From Bacillales bacterium UBA3789 (GTDB lineage Bacteria; Bacillota_I; Bacilli_A; RF39; UBA660): a stretch of DNA of 64,000 bases. Numbering within the stretch: the first letter of the stretch is position 1; each line of letters opens with the position of its first letter. Below are positions 29,031 to 38,857 of this stretch, in pieces. The notes below the pieces were generated by a model. It saw nothing but the letters and a program-made list of their open reading frames with translations, did not search any database and was not told where the DNA came from. The translations under genes were made by a program, and so were the position numbers. The stretch is from assembly GCA_002369415.1 (NCBI GenBank), contig DFEZ01000002.1, positions 185,019 through 249,018 on the forward strand, written 5' to 3'.

Positions 29031-29501
29031 TTATTTTTTATTATTTCCTTCATAAATAATTGCTTCATATATTAAATCAACTATATGAAAAGTAGGTTGC
29101 AAATGATATTTTTCTTTTACTCTATCAATTACATCTGGTCCATTTTCTAATTCAAGATAGTTGAATACTAATTCTTTTTCATTATCCATTTCTTTTAAAT
29201 ATTTTAGAGTATATTCTTCTTCTACTAAATATAGTGGATAATCTTTTGCCCAATGTTTAAATTTTTCAAACATAAAATATATGTTATTAACATATGTAAA
29301 CATTTCTTTATCATATTGAATCATATCTAATATGTAGTCATTATTAACAAATTTATCTTCTACTCTATAATCAAATCTATCTTCTAATTTAATACCATTT
29401 AATTTTAAAGCACTTATTTGTGCAATTATCCCATACTTTGGATCACTTCTTGTTGGTATTAATTCTAAAATTATATATTTGTCTTTTTGTGGATTTAACA
29501 T
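29031..29501 (-). CDS. Degenerate DEDDh 3'-5' exonuclease-like protein
   Basis: YIILELIPTRSDPKYGIIAQISALK...DRFDYRV parallels the PolC/DnaQ exonuclease N-terminus, without DxE. Confidence 0.5.
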   Translation of the reverse strand: MLNPQKDKYIILELIPTRSDPKYGIIAQISALKLNGIKLEDRFDYRVEDKFVNNDYILDMIQYDKEMFTYVNNIYFMFEKFKHWAKDYPLYLVEEEYTLKYLKEMDNEKELVFNYLELENGPDVIDRVKEKYHLQPTFHIVDLIYEAIIYEGNNKK

Positions 29502-29540
29502 AATATCACCAATATCATTATAACATAATAAAAGGAGATT

Positions 29541-32500
29541 TTAATAATCTCCTTTTGATATTACTTTTAGTTCAATTTCATGTGTTTTACCATCATTGAC
29601 TAAGTTTATTACATTTTTATCTTTCCAGATTCCATCTAATGTTAAGGACTCTTTCTTAGCTTTCATAACTTTGATGTTATAAGTTGTATCCATATAAGTA
29701 TATACTGCTTTGAATGAATCCCAAGCAACTGGCATTCTTGGATCTAATCTTAATTTATCTCCAGATTTATGAATACCAATTATACTTTCAATTCCTACTC
29801 TATAGAACCATCCTGCAGAACCTGTATACCAAGTCCATCCTCCTCTTGCTGGGAAGGATTCAGATGAATAAATATCTGCAGCAATTACATATGGCTCAAC
29901 TTTATACTTATCAACATCTTTTTGTTTCTTAGTTCTATTAGCTGGATTAATCATTTGATAGTAACGGTATGCTCTATCGTAATAACCAGCTTTTATTAGT
30001 GCTAATATATACCATGCAACTGCATGTGTATATTGTCCTCCATTTTCACGAATACCTTCAGGATAATTCATTATATATCCTGGATTATTTAGTGATTTAG
30101 CAAATGGTGGTGTTAATAATTTAATAATCTTATTCTTATCATCTACTAAGTTTTCTTCTACTGAGTTTATTAGTTTTTGAACTCTATCTTTAGGAGCAAC
30201 TTCACTTAGTATAGAGAAACTTTGAGATATTAAGTCAATCTTACATTCACTATTTTCATGAGATCCTAATTTATCTCCATTATCGAAGAATGCTCTTAAA
30301 TAGTAATCTCCATCCCATGTTTTCTTATTAAGATTATCTTTTAATTTTTCATTGAAATCTAAGTATTTATCATAATCAATAGTAACTTTTGCTTTCTTTA
30401 GTACTTCAACGAACATATCAATTACTACATGTAAGAAGAAACCTAACCAAACACTTTCTCCTTTTCCTTTGATACCTACTCTATTCATTCCATCGTTCCA
30501 GTCTCCACCACCCATTAATGGGATTTTGTGTTTACCTAAGGAATCCATAGATAGTTCAAGGGATTTGATACAGTGTTCAAGAAGTGTTGCTCCTCCTTCA
30601 GAATAATTAAATACTATACCTTTTTCATTTTCATAGTCACTTAATTCTTCTCCTACAACAAATGGTATATGTTCATTTAATATTTCTTTATCTCCTGTAA
30701 TATCTATATAGTAAGCAGTTGCATATACTAACCATAAGAAGTCATCTTTATATCTACTTCTTAAACCAAAGTGATTCTTTTCATGCCACCAGTGAAGTAC
30801 ATCTCCTGTTTCAAATTGATGTGCTGCATTAGTTATAATTTGTTTTCTTGTATATGCTGGATTTACTATAGCAATATTCATAGCATCTTGTAATTGATCA
30901 CGGAAACCGAAGGCACCTGATACTTGATAGAATCCTGCTTTAGCATTGATTCTTGATGATAGTGTTTGATATAAGTACCAACCATTAATCATAAAGTCAA
31001 AACTATTATCAGGTGAATTAACTTGAACTACTCCTAATGTTTTATCCCATCTTTCTTTTACTGCTTTTAATTCTTTCTTTGCATTTTGGATATTAGTGTA
31101 TTTCTTAATTAATTCTTTATTTTCATTATCACTTAGGCTACATCCTAAGACAAATACTAATGTCTTTTCTTCTTGCTCATCTAAGTCTAGGTCAAATGTA
31201 ATATTTTTTGTTAACATCTTTTCACAAGTGGCTGAATCAATATGTTCTGATGCTGACATAAATACGTTTACATCTCCATAGTTAATACTATATACATTAC
31301 GCATCTTTAGATAATTATCATCACCCATAAATTCTGTAAGTATATGACGAGATGTTTTTTCTTCAAAGTTTCCGAATGTTGGATTAATCCAGAATTCTAC
31401 ATTTGTTTTAACTTTAGTATTCTTTTTATTTTGTAATTTCATTAAATAGATTTTTACATTATCTTCACATGCAACAAATTCTGTTACTTTATGTTTAAAT
31501 CTATCTGTTTCACTTTCTAAGATTGTGTAACCAAATCCATGAGTACATTTTTCAGGATCAAAGTTTTTACCATCAAATTTAAATCCTTCAGATTTATCAT
31601 TTAATACTATATCGTTTGTCCATGATGTTATCTTAAATTCTCCTGAGTTATAAGCATATGTATAACCACAACCATTATTTGTAATTATAGTACCAAAGTT
31701 TTTATTTGATATTACATTACTCCATGGAGTTGGAGTGTTTTTGTTATAGATAACATATTCTTTACCATTTGGTTTAAATCCTCCATATCCATTATCGAAT
31801 AATAATTTTTCAGTATTTTCTTCTTTAATATTTTCTTCATTTGGATATGTTGGGTAATCACTTACTTTATTCTTTTGTTGCATCTCTTCAACAGCTTCTT
31901 TTAAGCTAATATGATTTTCAACAACAAATCTAATTCTTGGAACTACATCAAGTAAGCTCTTATCTTCTTTAGTAATATTACTACTATTAATTACTGTTAC
32001 ACTTCCAGGAGTATGATAGAAACTATTTAATGTATACATTCTATATAATTCATTATCTATTTGTTTCTTAACAATTCTTTGTGTCTCTCCAGACTCATTA
32101 TTAATAATAATTACATCTACGAAGATTGATTTATTTTTAAAGTATTCAAATGCTTTTAAGATATCATAAACAAAACTCATATCTTCTATATCACTTAATT
32201 CTACTGTGATTATTGGTCTATCTCCAGAAACTCCAAATTTCCATAATCCTGATTGCCCTAAAGCATTCTTTCTTAATAGATCCATTCTTTCATCATTAAC
32301 TGATATTCTTGTTGTTTGATATAAGAAGTTTAACATTATGTTATAAGTTCTCATTTCTGCACCAGTAATGTTTAGTGTCTTAGTATCTATTACATTCATT
32401 AGAGTAGATATTTTAAATTCTCTATCTAATACTGATTTGGAATCATAAGCTTCAATAATATCATTTATTTGCTCTTTACTTCTACCAAAACCAACCAATA

Positions 32501-35500
32501 GATATACAGTCACTGAATCATTTGCAGGAACTACTATTCTATTTCTTAATGACATTACTGGGTCTAAGTTATCTCCAACATAGTTAGTTAACTTAGAGTT
32601 TAATGCTTGAGCAGTATTAATAAGATTATTTCTACCAATAAATGAACTTCTCTCTGTTTCATATGAATATTTTTCTTCAGGATTTTCTATTATTAATCTA
32701 GTTACCATATAACTATTAACATTAGAATCTCCTCTATTTTTTCTCTTAGCAATTAAACTATTTGTTCTTTCATCATATTCTGTTGAAATGAACATATTAT
32801 TAAATACTTTATGAGATATATCATCCATATTCTCTGAAAGAATTGGTTCAGTATAACTTGTTAATTCTAATTCTTTATTAACACTTGATTCATTCTTAAA
32901 TGATATTTTTCTTATTTCAGCATGATGACTCTTACATACAACTATTTCTGTCTTAGTAGAAATATCTGTATCTCTTCTTAAGAATTTTATTTTATCTGCT
33001 GCGAAAACAACTTCATATTTGTCTGGTTTAATATTCATAGGAGCATATGTATTACTCCAAATATATTTATTATCCAAATCTTTTATGAATAAGAAAATAC
33101 CATAATCTTGTTCTGTTACTTTACGATATCTATTTAATTGTTGTGTACGATATCTTGAGAAACTGTTACCTCTATCATTCATGATAAGAGAATATTTCTT
33201 GTTAGATAGTACTGACATTTCTGGTAAGTATGAAATATAATCAAAGGCTCTAATATCATTTTCAATTGTTTCCTTATTGTAGTTATATTTCTTATAACCA
33301 GCCATCTTAAGATCAATACTAGCTTTAATTTGAACTTTCTCTTTAAGTAATAATTCGAATGTTTTTACATTGATATTTGAATGGAATAAGTTTTGAATTA
33401 CACCTTTCTTTAAATAATTAGTTAATCCAAGAAGACTCATTCCTTCATGGTGAGCAAAATATGATCTTACTACACCTTTATTATCATAATCATATGATTC
33501 GTATAAACCATATTCTCCATACATATCTAGTTCTTTAAATTTATTAATATTTTCATATACATCTTGTGGGAACATATCCATTACCATTAAAGATGAATAT
33601 GGTGATAATACTAATCTATTTTCTTTTTCTTCTTTTGCTTTTAAATATGGAGTAGCAAATGCTTGATACTTATAATTTAGTGAATTATCTAATTCATTAT
33701 AAGCAGATTCTGAAATACCCCAAGGCAATTTACGAGAAACGCTATTTACATATTCTTTTTGACATAAATGAACGAAATTATATGTTTCATCAAGCAAAGT
33801 GTTTTGATAATTCTTCATGAATAGTAATGGCATGTAATATTCGAATGCTGTACCACTCCATGAAATTAATCCTTTTCTACCTTTATATGTTGTTAGTGAT
33901 TTATCTAGACAGAACCAATGTTTATTTGGAACTTCTCCTAAACAAATTGCTAAGTAACTTGTAAGACGTGATTCTGATGCAAATTTATTATAGTTATAAT
34001 CTGATAATTTACCTTCATTTTCATCATAACCAATACTAAATACATCTTTCTTAGTATATAGTTTTTTGAAGTTAGTATTTGTAATTAGTTTATCAGCTAA
34101 TTTAACTAATTTATCTTCATTTACTAATTCTAGGAATTCTCTTGCTACTATTAAACAAGCAACTAAGTTTCCAGAGTCTACTGTTGATACAAAGTTAGGA
34201 TAAAGTACTTTCTTTGACTTAATATCATACCAGTTATATAAATGACCGTGCCATTTATCTAGTGAATCAATTGAATCTAGAATTTTTCCTAATAAATCAA
34301 TTGCTTTATCTTTTTCAATAAAGTTCAACTCATAAGCACTAACTACTGCTGTTAAAGAGAATCCTATAGCTGTAGGAGATGTTCTCATATCAAGTTTTTC
34401 TTCTCTATTTTCTTGATAATTATCTGGAATTAAATAGTTATATTCTTCTTTTAAATTATCTTCGAAATATTTCCATGTTCTTAGAGCTAATTCTTCTACT
34501 TCATTAATCTCTTTATCTTTTAATTCTAATTCATGATGATTAATATCTTTACTTACTGCATATAATACAAATGGTGCAGTTGCGAATACAAATGCTATTA
34601 CAAATGTCACAATATTATGTGTAAATATTCCTATTACAACAAATACTATTGCAACAATAATATTAAATATAAAGTTTCTAATATAATTCTTTAGACTTCC
34701 ATTAACTGTCTTTTCTACTTCTTCTGCAGTAATCCAGTTTAATAGATTATCATGACTATAAATTAATCTATATAGTGTTCTAAAGAATGCATCCATATAT
34801 AATTTAGAATAATATGGAATAGTTGCAAACATGATATAAGATCTTAATAAGATACTCTTTCCACCAAAGTATAAGTTCTTATAATAAACTTCTTTGTGAT
34901 TCTTTTCTTTTTTAGCCATCTTACTTCTTAAGAAGAAGATAATTGAAACAGCTATTTCTAGAACAACTACTCCTACCCATAGATATGGATATACTCCTTT
35001 AGTTGTAAATCCTAATAATAATATTAGTAATAACATTGGATTTAAGAACATTCTTATAATGTTATCTAATATTTTATATTTACCTAAGAAATTAATTGGA
35101 TTCTTTACTTTTTTGTTAGCTTTATTTTTTACTTTATTACCTAACCATCCAATAATTTGAGTATCTCCTCTAGCCCATCTATGTTGTCTAGTTACATCTA
35201 TTAAGAATTTTGATGGGAAATCATCTATTACTTCGATATCTGATACGTATCCACATCTAATATAATTACCTTCAAGCAAGTCATGTGAAAGAATTAAATT
35301 ATCTGGGAATGTATTATCTAATACTTTATTAAATATTTCTAGATCATAAATACCTTTTCCAACGAAACTTCCTTCACCAAATGAGTCTTGATATACATTT
35401 GGAATAACTGCAGTATATGTATCAAATCCACCGATACCTGCAAATACTTGACTATATAAACTTTTATTAGTTGCTTCAATATCTAATCCAACTCTTGGTT

Positions 35501-37184
35501 GCATTAAACCATATCCATGAATTACTTTTGTTCCTTCTTTATTAAGTATTGGTTTATTCATAGGATGTGCCATTGCTCCTACTAAGTTAAGAGCAGAATT
35601 TAATACTAGTTTTGTATCTGTATCTAGAGTTATTACATATTTAATACCTAATTTATTATTATGTAACATATTTACATTGAAGTATTTTTCTTCATCTAGT
35701 TTATTTCCTAAAAGGATATTATTAAATTGAAGTAATGCTCCTCTTTTTCTTTCATAACCTAAATACATTTTTTCATGTTCATTCCATAATCTTTTTCTAT
35801 ATATGAAATAGAACAAATCTTTTTTATATTTCTTATTTAAGTTTTCAGCATATTCTCTACCATATTCTGATATTTCTTCATCAAAGTCCATTACTTCTTG
35901 TTGACCTGACTTTACATCTCCTAAAAGAGTAAAGTAAATATTATCACTCTTATTTACTAAGTAGAATGACTCTAATGTATCAAACATTTGCTTAATCTTA
36001 GTCGTTGAAGAAACTATTGTAGGTATAACAACCATTGTTTTAGATTCTTCTGGGATACCTTTAGAATAATCTAGTTTTGGTATTACTGTAGTTGGTACTA
36101 CATTAACTAATATTTCATTCATTATTTGAATAATTAATTGACTAAGTGGAATGAATAAAATAATAAATCCTAATACTCTTATCTTAATAAAATATGCAGA
36201 TAAGAAATATGCTGCTACTCCTGTTAATAAGAATAATACTAATAAATAAACAATTATTCTTGGGGTAGAAGATTTTTCTTTAAATAATTTAAATCCGATA
36301 TGTTCATCTTTAGTAAATATCTTTTCTAAATATGAATATTCATCAGTATGATGCTTTTTAGCTAACTTTAATAATCTCTTACGATAAGATCTTTTTGTCT
36401 CTATTGTTGTTGCTTTATATACTTCGTCAGTTAATAATAATCTTTCTGTTTTAGATACTTTTTCATATAATTCTTCTATAGAAAATTCAAAGAATTCTTT
36501 GAAGTCATTAAATATATTTGATATTAGTACGTTGTTATTAATATTATTTTGATATTCTTCATTAACTAATTCTTTTAAACTAATATCATTATTATTTAAA
36601 TATTCATTTAAAGATTTAAATATATCTCCATTATTCTCAATTCTTGATAATTGATTGTTAATTTCAAATATATAGTGTTTATTTCTTGTTAAATCAAAAT
36701 TTTCAGAGATAAATGCGTTTAATGTTAAATGATTCTTCTTTTCTCTTACTATTAATTCAACATCTTCTTTATCAACTAATTTTCTATACTCTTCTCTACA
36801 TAGGTTATTTAATCTTTCAGTGTATATAAAAATTAGCATTGGTAAAATACAATCTAATTCTATATAAGTAAAATTCTTTTTATTTTGTTTTTGATATGCT
36901 CTTAGTTCTTCAACTATATATTTAAAACTAACATTATAATTTTTCTTGCTTACAATATTTTTTAATAGATAATAATTTTCATTTATTTGTTTTAGATGTC
37001 TCTTTAATTCTTTTTTAGAATTAATAATATTATTTTTATGCTCAACTAACAAATAATAGTTATCAATTAACCATTCATTTGTAATTTCTACATACTCATG
37101 CCTTTTTGTTTTATCCACAAGAAAATTATAATAATCAGTTATGTCATTAAAGTTATTTAAAAATTTTTTAATAATGTTAGCCAT
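29541..37184 (-). CDS. Cyclic beta-1,2-glucan synthase (Cgs/NdvB/ChvB-like: GT84, cyclization domain, GH94 phosphorylase)
   Basis: 2547 aa; ERKRGAL, TLDTDT, SHDLLEG, RQHRWARGD; TM block; SWSGTAFEYYMP, WGISES; GFRDQLQD, GDWNDGMN, RENGGQYTH, WTWYTGSAGW. Confidence 0.92.
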   Translation of the reverse strand: MANIIKKFLNNFNDITDYYNFLVDKTKRHEYVEITNEWLIDNYYLLVEHKNNIINSKKELKRHLKQINENYYLLKNIVSKKNYNVSFKYIVEELRAYQKQNKKNFTYIELDCILPMLIFIYTERLNNLCREEYRKLVDKEDVELIVREKKNHLTLNAFISENFDLTRNKHYIFEINNQLSRIENNGDIFKSLNEYLNNNDISLKELVNEEYQNNINNNVLISNIFNDFKEFFEFSIEELYEKVSKTERLLLTDEVYKATTIETKRSYRKRLLKLAKKHHTDEYSYLEKIFTKDEHIGFKLFKEKSSTPRIIVYLLVLFLLTGVAAYFLSAYFIKIRVLGFIILFIPLSQLIIQIMNEILVNVVPTTVIPKLDYSKGIPEESKTMVVIPTIVSSTTKIKQMFDTLESFYLVNKSDNIYFTLLGDVKSGQQEVMDFDEEISEYGREYAENLNKKYKKDLFYFIYRKRLWNEHEKMYLGYERKRGALLQFNNILLGNKLDEEKYFNVNMLHNNKLGIKYVITLDTDTKLVLNSALNLVGAMAHPMNKPILNKEGTKVIHGYGLMQPRVGLDIEATNKSLYSQVFAGIGGFDTYTAVIPNVYQDSFGEGSFVGKGIYDLEIFNKVLDNTFPDNLILSHDLLEGNYIRCGYVSDIEVIDDFPSKFLIDVTRQHRWARGDTQIIGWLGNKVKNKANKKVKNPINFLGKYKILDNIIRMFLNPMLLLILLLGFTTKGVYPYLWVGVVVLEIAVSIIFFLRSKMAKKEKNHKEVYYKNLYFGGKSILLRSYIMFATIPYYSKLYMDAFFRTLYRLIYSHDNLLNWITAEEVEKTVNGSLKNYIRNFIFNIIVAIVFVVIGIFTHNIVTFVIAFVFATAPFVLYAVSKDINHHELELKDKEINEVEELALRTWKYFEDNLKEEYNYLIPDNYQENREEKLDMRTSPTAIGFSLTAVVSAYELNFIEKDKAIDLLGKILDSIDSLDKWHGHLYNWYDIKSKKVLYPNFVSTVDSGNLVACLIVAREFLELVNEDKLVKLADKLITNTNFKKLYTKKDVFSIGYDENEGKLSDYNYNKFASESRLTSYLAICLGEVPNKHWFCLDKSLTTYKGRKGLISWSGTAFEYYMPLLFMKNYQNTLLDETYNFVHLCQKEYVNSVSRKLPWGISESAYNELDNSLNYKYQAFATPYLKAKEEKENRLVLSPYSSLMVMDMFPQDVYENINKFKELDMYGEYGLYESYDYDNKGVVRSYFAHHEGMSLLGLTNYLKKGVIQNLFHSNINVKTFELLLKEKVQIKASIDLKMAGYKKYNYNKETIENDIRAFDYISYLPEMSVLSNKKYSLIMNDRGNSFSRYRTQQLNRYRKVTEQDYGIFLFIKDLDNKYIWSNTYAPMNIKPDKYEVVFAADKIKFLRRDTDISTKTEIVVCKSHHAEIRKISFKNESSVNKELELTSYTEPILSENMDDISHKVFNNMFISTEYDERTNSLIAKRKNRGDSNVNSYMVTRLIIENPEEKYSYETERSSFIGRNNLINTAQALNSKLTNYVGDNLDPVMSLRNRIVVPANDSVTVYLLVGFGRSKEQINDIIEAYDSKSVLDREFKISTLMNVIDTKTLNITGAEMRTYNIMLNFLYQTTRISVNDERMDLLRKNALGQSGLWKFGVSGDRPIITVELSDIEDMSFVYDILKAFEYFKNKSIFVDVIIINNESGETQRIVKKQIDNELYRMYTLNSFYHTPGSVTVINSSNITKEDKSLLDVVPRIRFVVENHISLKEAVEEMQQKNKVSDYPTYPNEENIKEENTEKLLFDNGYGGFKPNGKEYVIYNKNTPTPWSNVISNKNFGTIITNNGCGYTYAYNSGEFKITSWTNDIVLNDKSEGFKFDGKNFDPEKCTHGFGYTILESETDRFKHKVTEFVACEDNVKIYLMKLQNKKNTKVKTNVEFWINPTFGNFEEKTSRHILTEFMGDDNYLKMRNVYSINYGDVNVFMSASEHIDSATCEKMLTKNITFDLDLDEQEEKTLVFVLGCSLSDNENKELIKKYTNIQNAKKELKAVKERWDKTLGVVQVNSPDNSFDFMINGWYLYQTLSSRINAKAGFYQVSGAFGFRDQLQDAMNIAIVNPAYTRKQIITNAAHQFETGDVLHWWHEKNHFGLRSRYKDDFLWLVYATAYYIDITGDKEILNEHIPFVVGEELSDYENEKGIVFNYSEGGATLLEHCIKSLELSMDSLGKHKIPLMGGGDWNDGMNRVGIKGKGESVWLGFFLHVVIDMFVEVLKKAKVTIDYDKYLDFNEKLKDNLNKKTWDGDYYLRAFFDNGDKLGSHENSECKIDLISQSFSILSEVAPKDRVQKLINSVEENLVDDKNKIIKLLTPPFAKSLNNPGYIMNYPEGIRENGGQYTHAVAWYILALIKAGYYDRAYRYYQMINPANRTKKQKDVDKYKVEPYVIAADIYSSESFPARGGWTWYTGSAGWFYRVGIESIIGIHKSGDKLRLDPRMPVAWDSFKAVYTYMDTTYNIKVMKAKKESLTLDGIWKDKNVINLVNDGKTHEIELKVISKGDY

Positions 37185-37281
37185 ATAATCATTCTCCCAA
37201 AATAATTATAACATAAAAATATTTCATATACTATAAAAACAGAAACAAAAAAACGTTGATTTCTCAACGTTATTTTTATAA

Positions 37282-37372
37282 TGGCGGAGTAGGAGAGATT
37301 TGAACTCTCGCGCCAGTTGCCCGACCTACACCCTTAGCAGGGGCGCCTCTTCAGCCTCTTGAGTACTACTCC
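37282..37372 (-). tRNA. tRNA-Ser(GCU)
   Basis: GGAGTAG...CTACTCC-G-CCA, loop CT-GCT-AA, long variable arm. Confidence 0.96.
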
Positions 37373-37437
37373 ATTCCTCAAATTGCGTCCGCACATATAT
37401 TATTGCATTTTATAGGTCAAAAGTCAACAAATATATT

Positions 37438-37710
37438 TTATTCTTCCCCTTTTTTCATAGTGTTTATAAATAGTTCTAAATTTTCTGCTTGTTTATTAAA
37501 ATCATCTATAAAAGTAGGTATTTCATCTTTAATAGAATTCCATTTTGTTTTAAAAGTTGCAGCTGAAGGTCCATCCCAAACTCCTGATCCTGTGTTTATG
37601 TTTTCTTCAACTAGATTATTCATTGAAGTTAAAGAATTTTTAACGGATTCAGATATTACTTTTAAATTTGTTAAAGATTTATTTAATTCATCAAAATTAA
37701 CTGTATTCAT
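37438..37710 (-). CDS. WXG100 family protein (EsxA-like)
   Basis: 90 aa, two helices around the central GVWDGPSAATF (W-x-G) motif. Confidence 0.82.
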   Translation of the reverse strand: MNTVNFDELNKSLTNLKVISESVKNSLTSMNNLVEENINTGSGVWDGPSAATFKTKWNSIKDEIPTFIDDFNKQAENLELFINTMKKGEE

Positions 37711-37718
37711 AAATCCTC

Positions 37719-38018
37719 CTATTGAAATGATCCATTTAAGTTTGCAGTTGCAGACTCATATTCATTTATTTTTATTGATAGATTATTAACAAATTCTTGC
37801 ATAAGAATTACTGCTTCATTTAATCTACCCTCTTTTTCTTCAAATTTTTCTTTAAATGCCTCATATGTTCCTGTATCAGTACTAATCCAATTATCACCTA
37901 TTTTTGTAATTTCATTCTTGACTGAATCAAGGGCTTCTTTGTATTTATTTAGGTTGTCTAAAGCTTGGCTTTTTAATTCATTTAATTTGGCTAAGTTAAA
38001 TGATAATTCATTATTCAT
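37719..38018 (-). CDS. WXG100-like protein (W-x-S variant)
   Basis: 99 aa, central IGDNWIS...YEAFKEKF, two long helices, adjacent to the WXG100 gene. Confidence 0.7.
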   Translation of the reverse strand: MNNELSFNLAKLNELKSQALDNLNKYKEALDSVKNEITKIGDNWISTDTGTYEAFKEKFEEKEGRLNEAVILMQEFVNNLSIKINEYESATANLNGSFQ

Positions 38019-38098
38019 ATAATCACCTACTCTTTTTTTATTATAGCAATTTTTTTATAAAAAGAAAACCATTGCATTGCAATGGTTAGGTTCAAAAT

Positions 38099-38175
38099 TG
38101 GTGACGAGTACGGAATTCGAATCCGTGAATGCTGCCGTGAAAGGGCAGTGTGTTAAGCCACTTCACCAACTCGCC
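38099..38175 (-). tRNA. tRNA-Glu(UUC)
   Basis: GGCGAGT...ACTCGTC-A-CCA, loop CT-TTC-AC. Confidence 0.95.
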
Positions 38176-38184
38176 AAATAAAAA

Positions 38185-38261
38185 TGGCGCCCCAACTAGG
38201 ACTTGAACCTAGGACCCCTTGATTAACAGTCAAGTGCTCTAACCAACTGAGCTATTGAGGC
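38185..38261 (-). tRNA. tRNA-Asn(GUU)
   Basis: GCCTCAA...TTGGGGC-G-CCA, loop CT-GTT-AA. Confidence 0.95.
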
Positions 38262-38269
38262 ATTTAAAA

Positions 38270-38346
<77 letters not shown>

Positions 38347-38553
38347 ATCACATGTACTCATTCATTTTACTATAAAACTGCTGAGTTTGCAAGGAATTTT
38401 TGAATTTTTTCAATATTTCCCGACTGCAAATATAGAATACTATATATTTTCGCTTAAAGTCAAGTGTTTTTTTAACTAATTAATGCATAAAATCAAAAAA
38501 AAGACTTGATAATAATCAAAAATTGATATAAAATAGTTTTGCAACTTGGAAAT

Positions 38554-38629
38554 GGGGCGTTAGCTCAGTTGGTAGAGCAACTGACTCTTAATCAGTGGGT
38601 CTAGGGTTCGAATCCCTAACGCCCCACCA
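38554..38629 (+). tRNA. tRNA-Lys(CUU)
   Basis: GGGGCGT...ACGCCCC-A-CCA, loop CT-CTT-AA. Confidence 0.96.
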
Positions 38630-38640
38630 TTTAAAAAAAT

Positions 38641-38667
38641 AAAAGGACTAGTAATAGTCCTTTTTTT
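38641..38667. terminator. Bidirectional intrinsic terminator after tRNA-Lys
   Basis: AAAAGGACTA-GTAA-TAGTCCTTTTTTT. Confidence 0.75.
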
Positions 38668-38857
38668 ATTTATGTCCTGTTTTGTGTTCTGGATTTTCTT
38701 CATATTCATAATTATTATCTTTTCTTCTACTATTCAAATGTCTTCTTTCAGCTTGATAATCACACATATTGATGTATTATCTTTGTTAAAATTTTATCAA
38801 CAAATTGTTTGCTCATTTTTAGGTTCATCACCCCTTTTTAATTTAAAGAAAGGAAAA

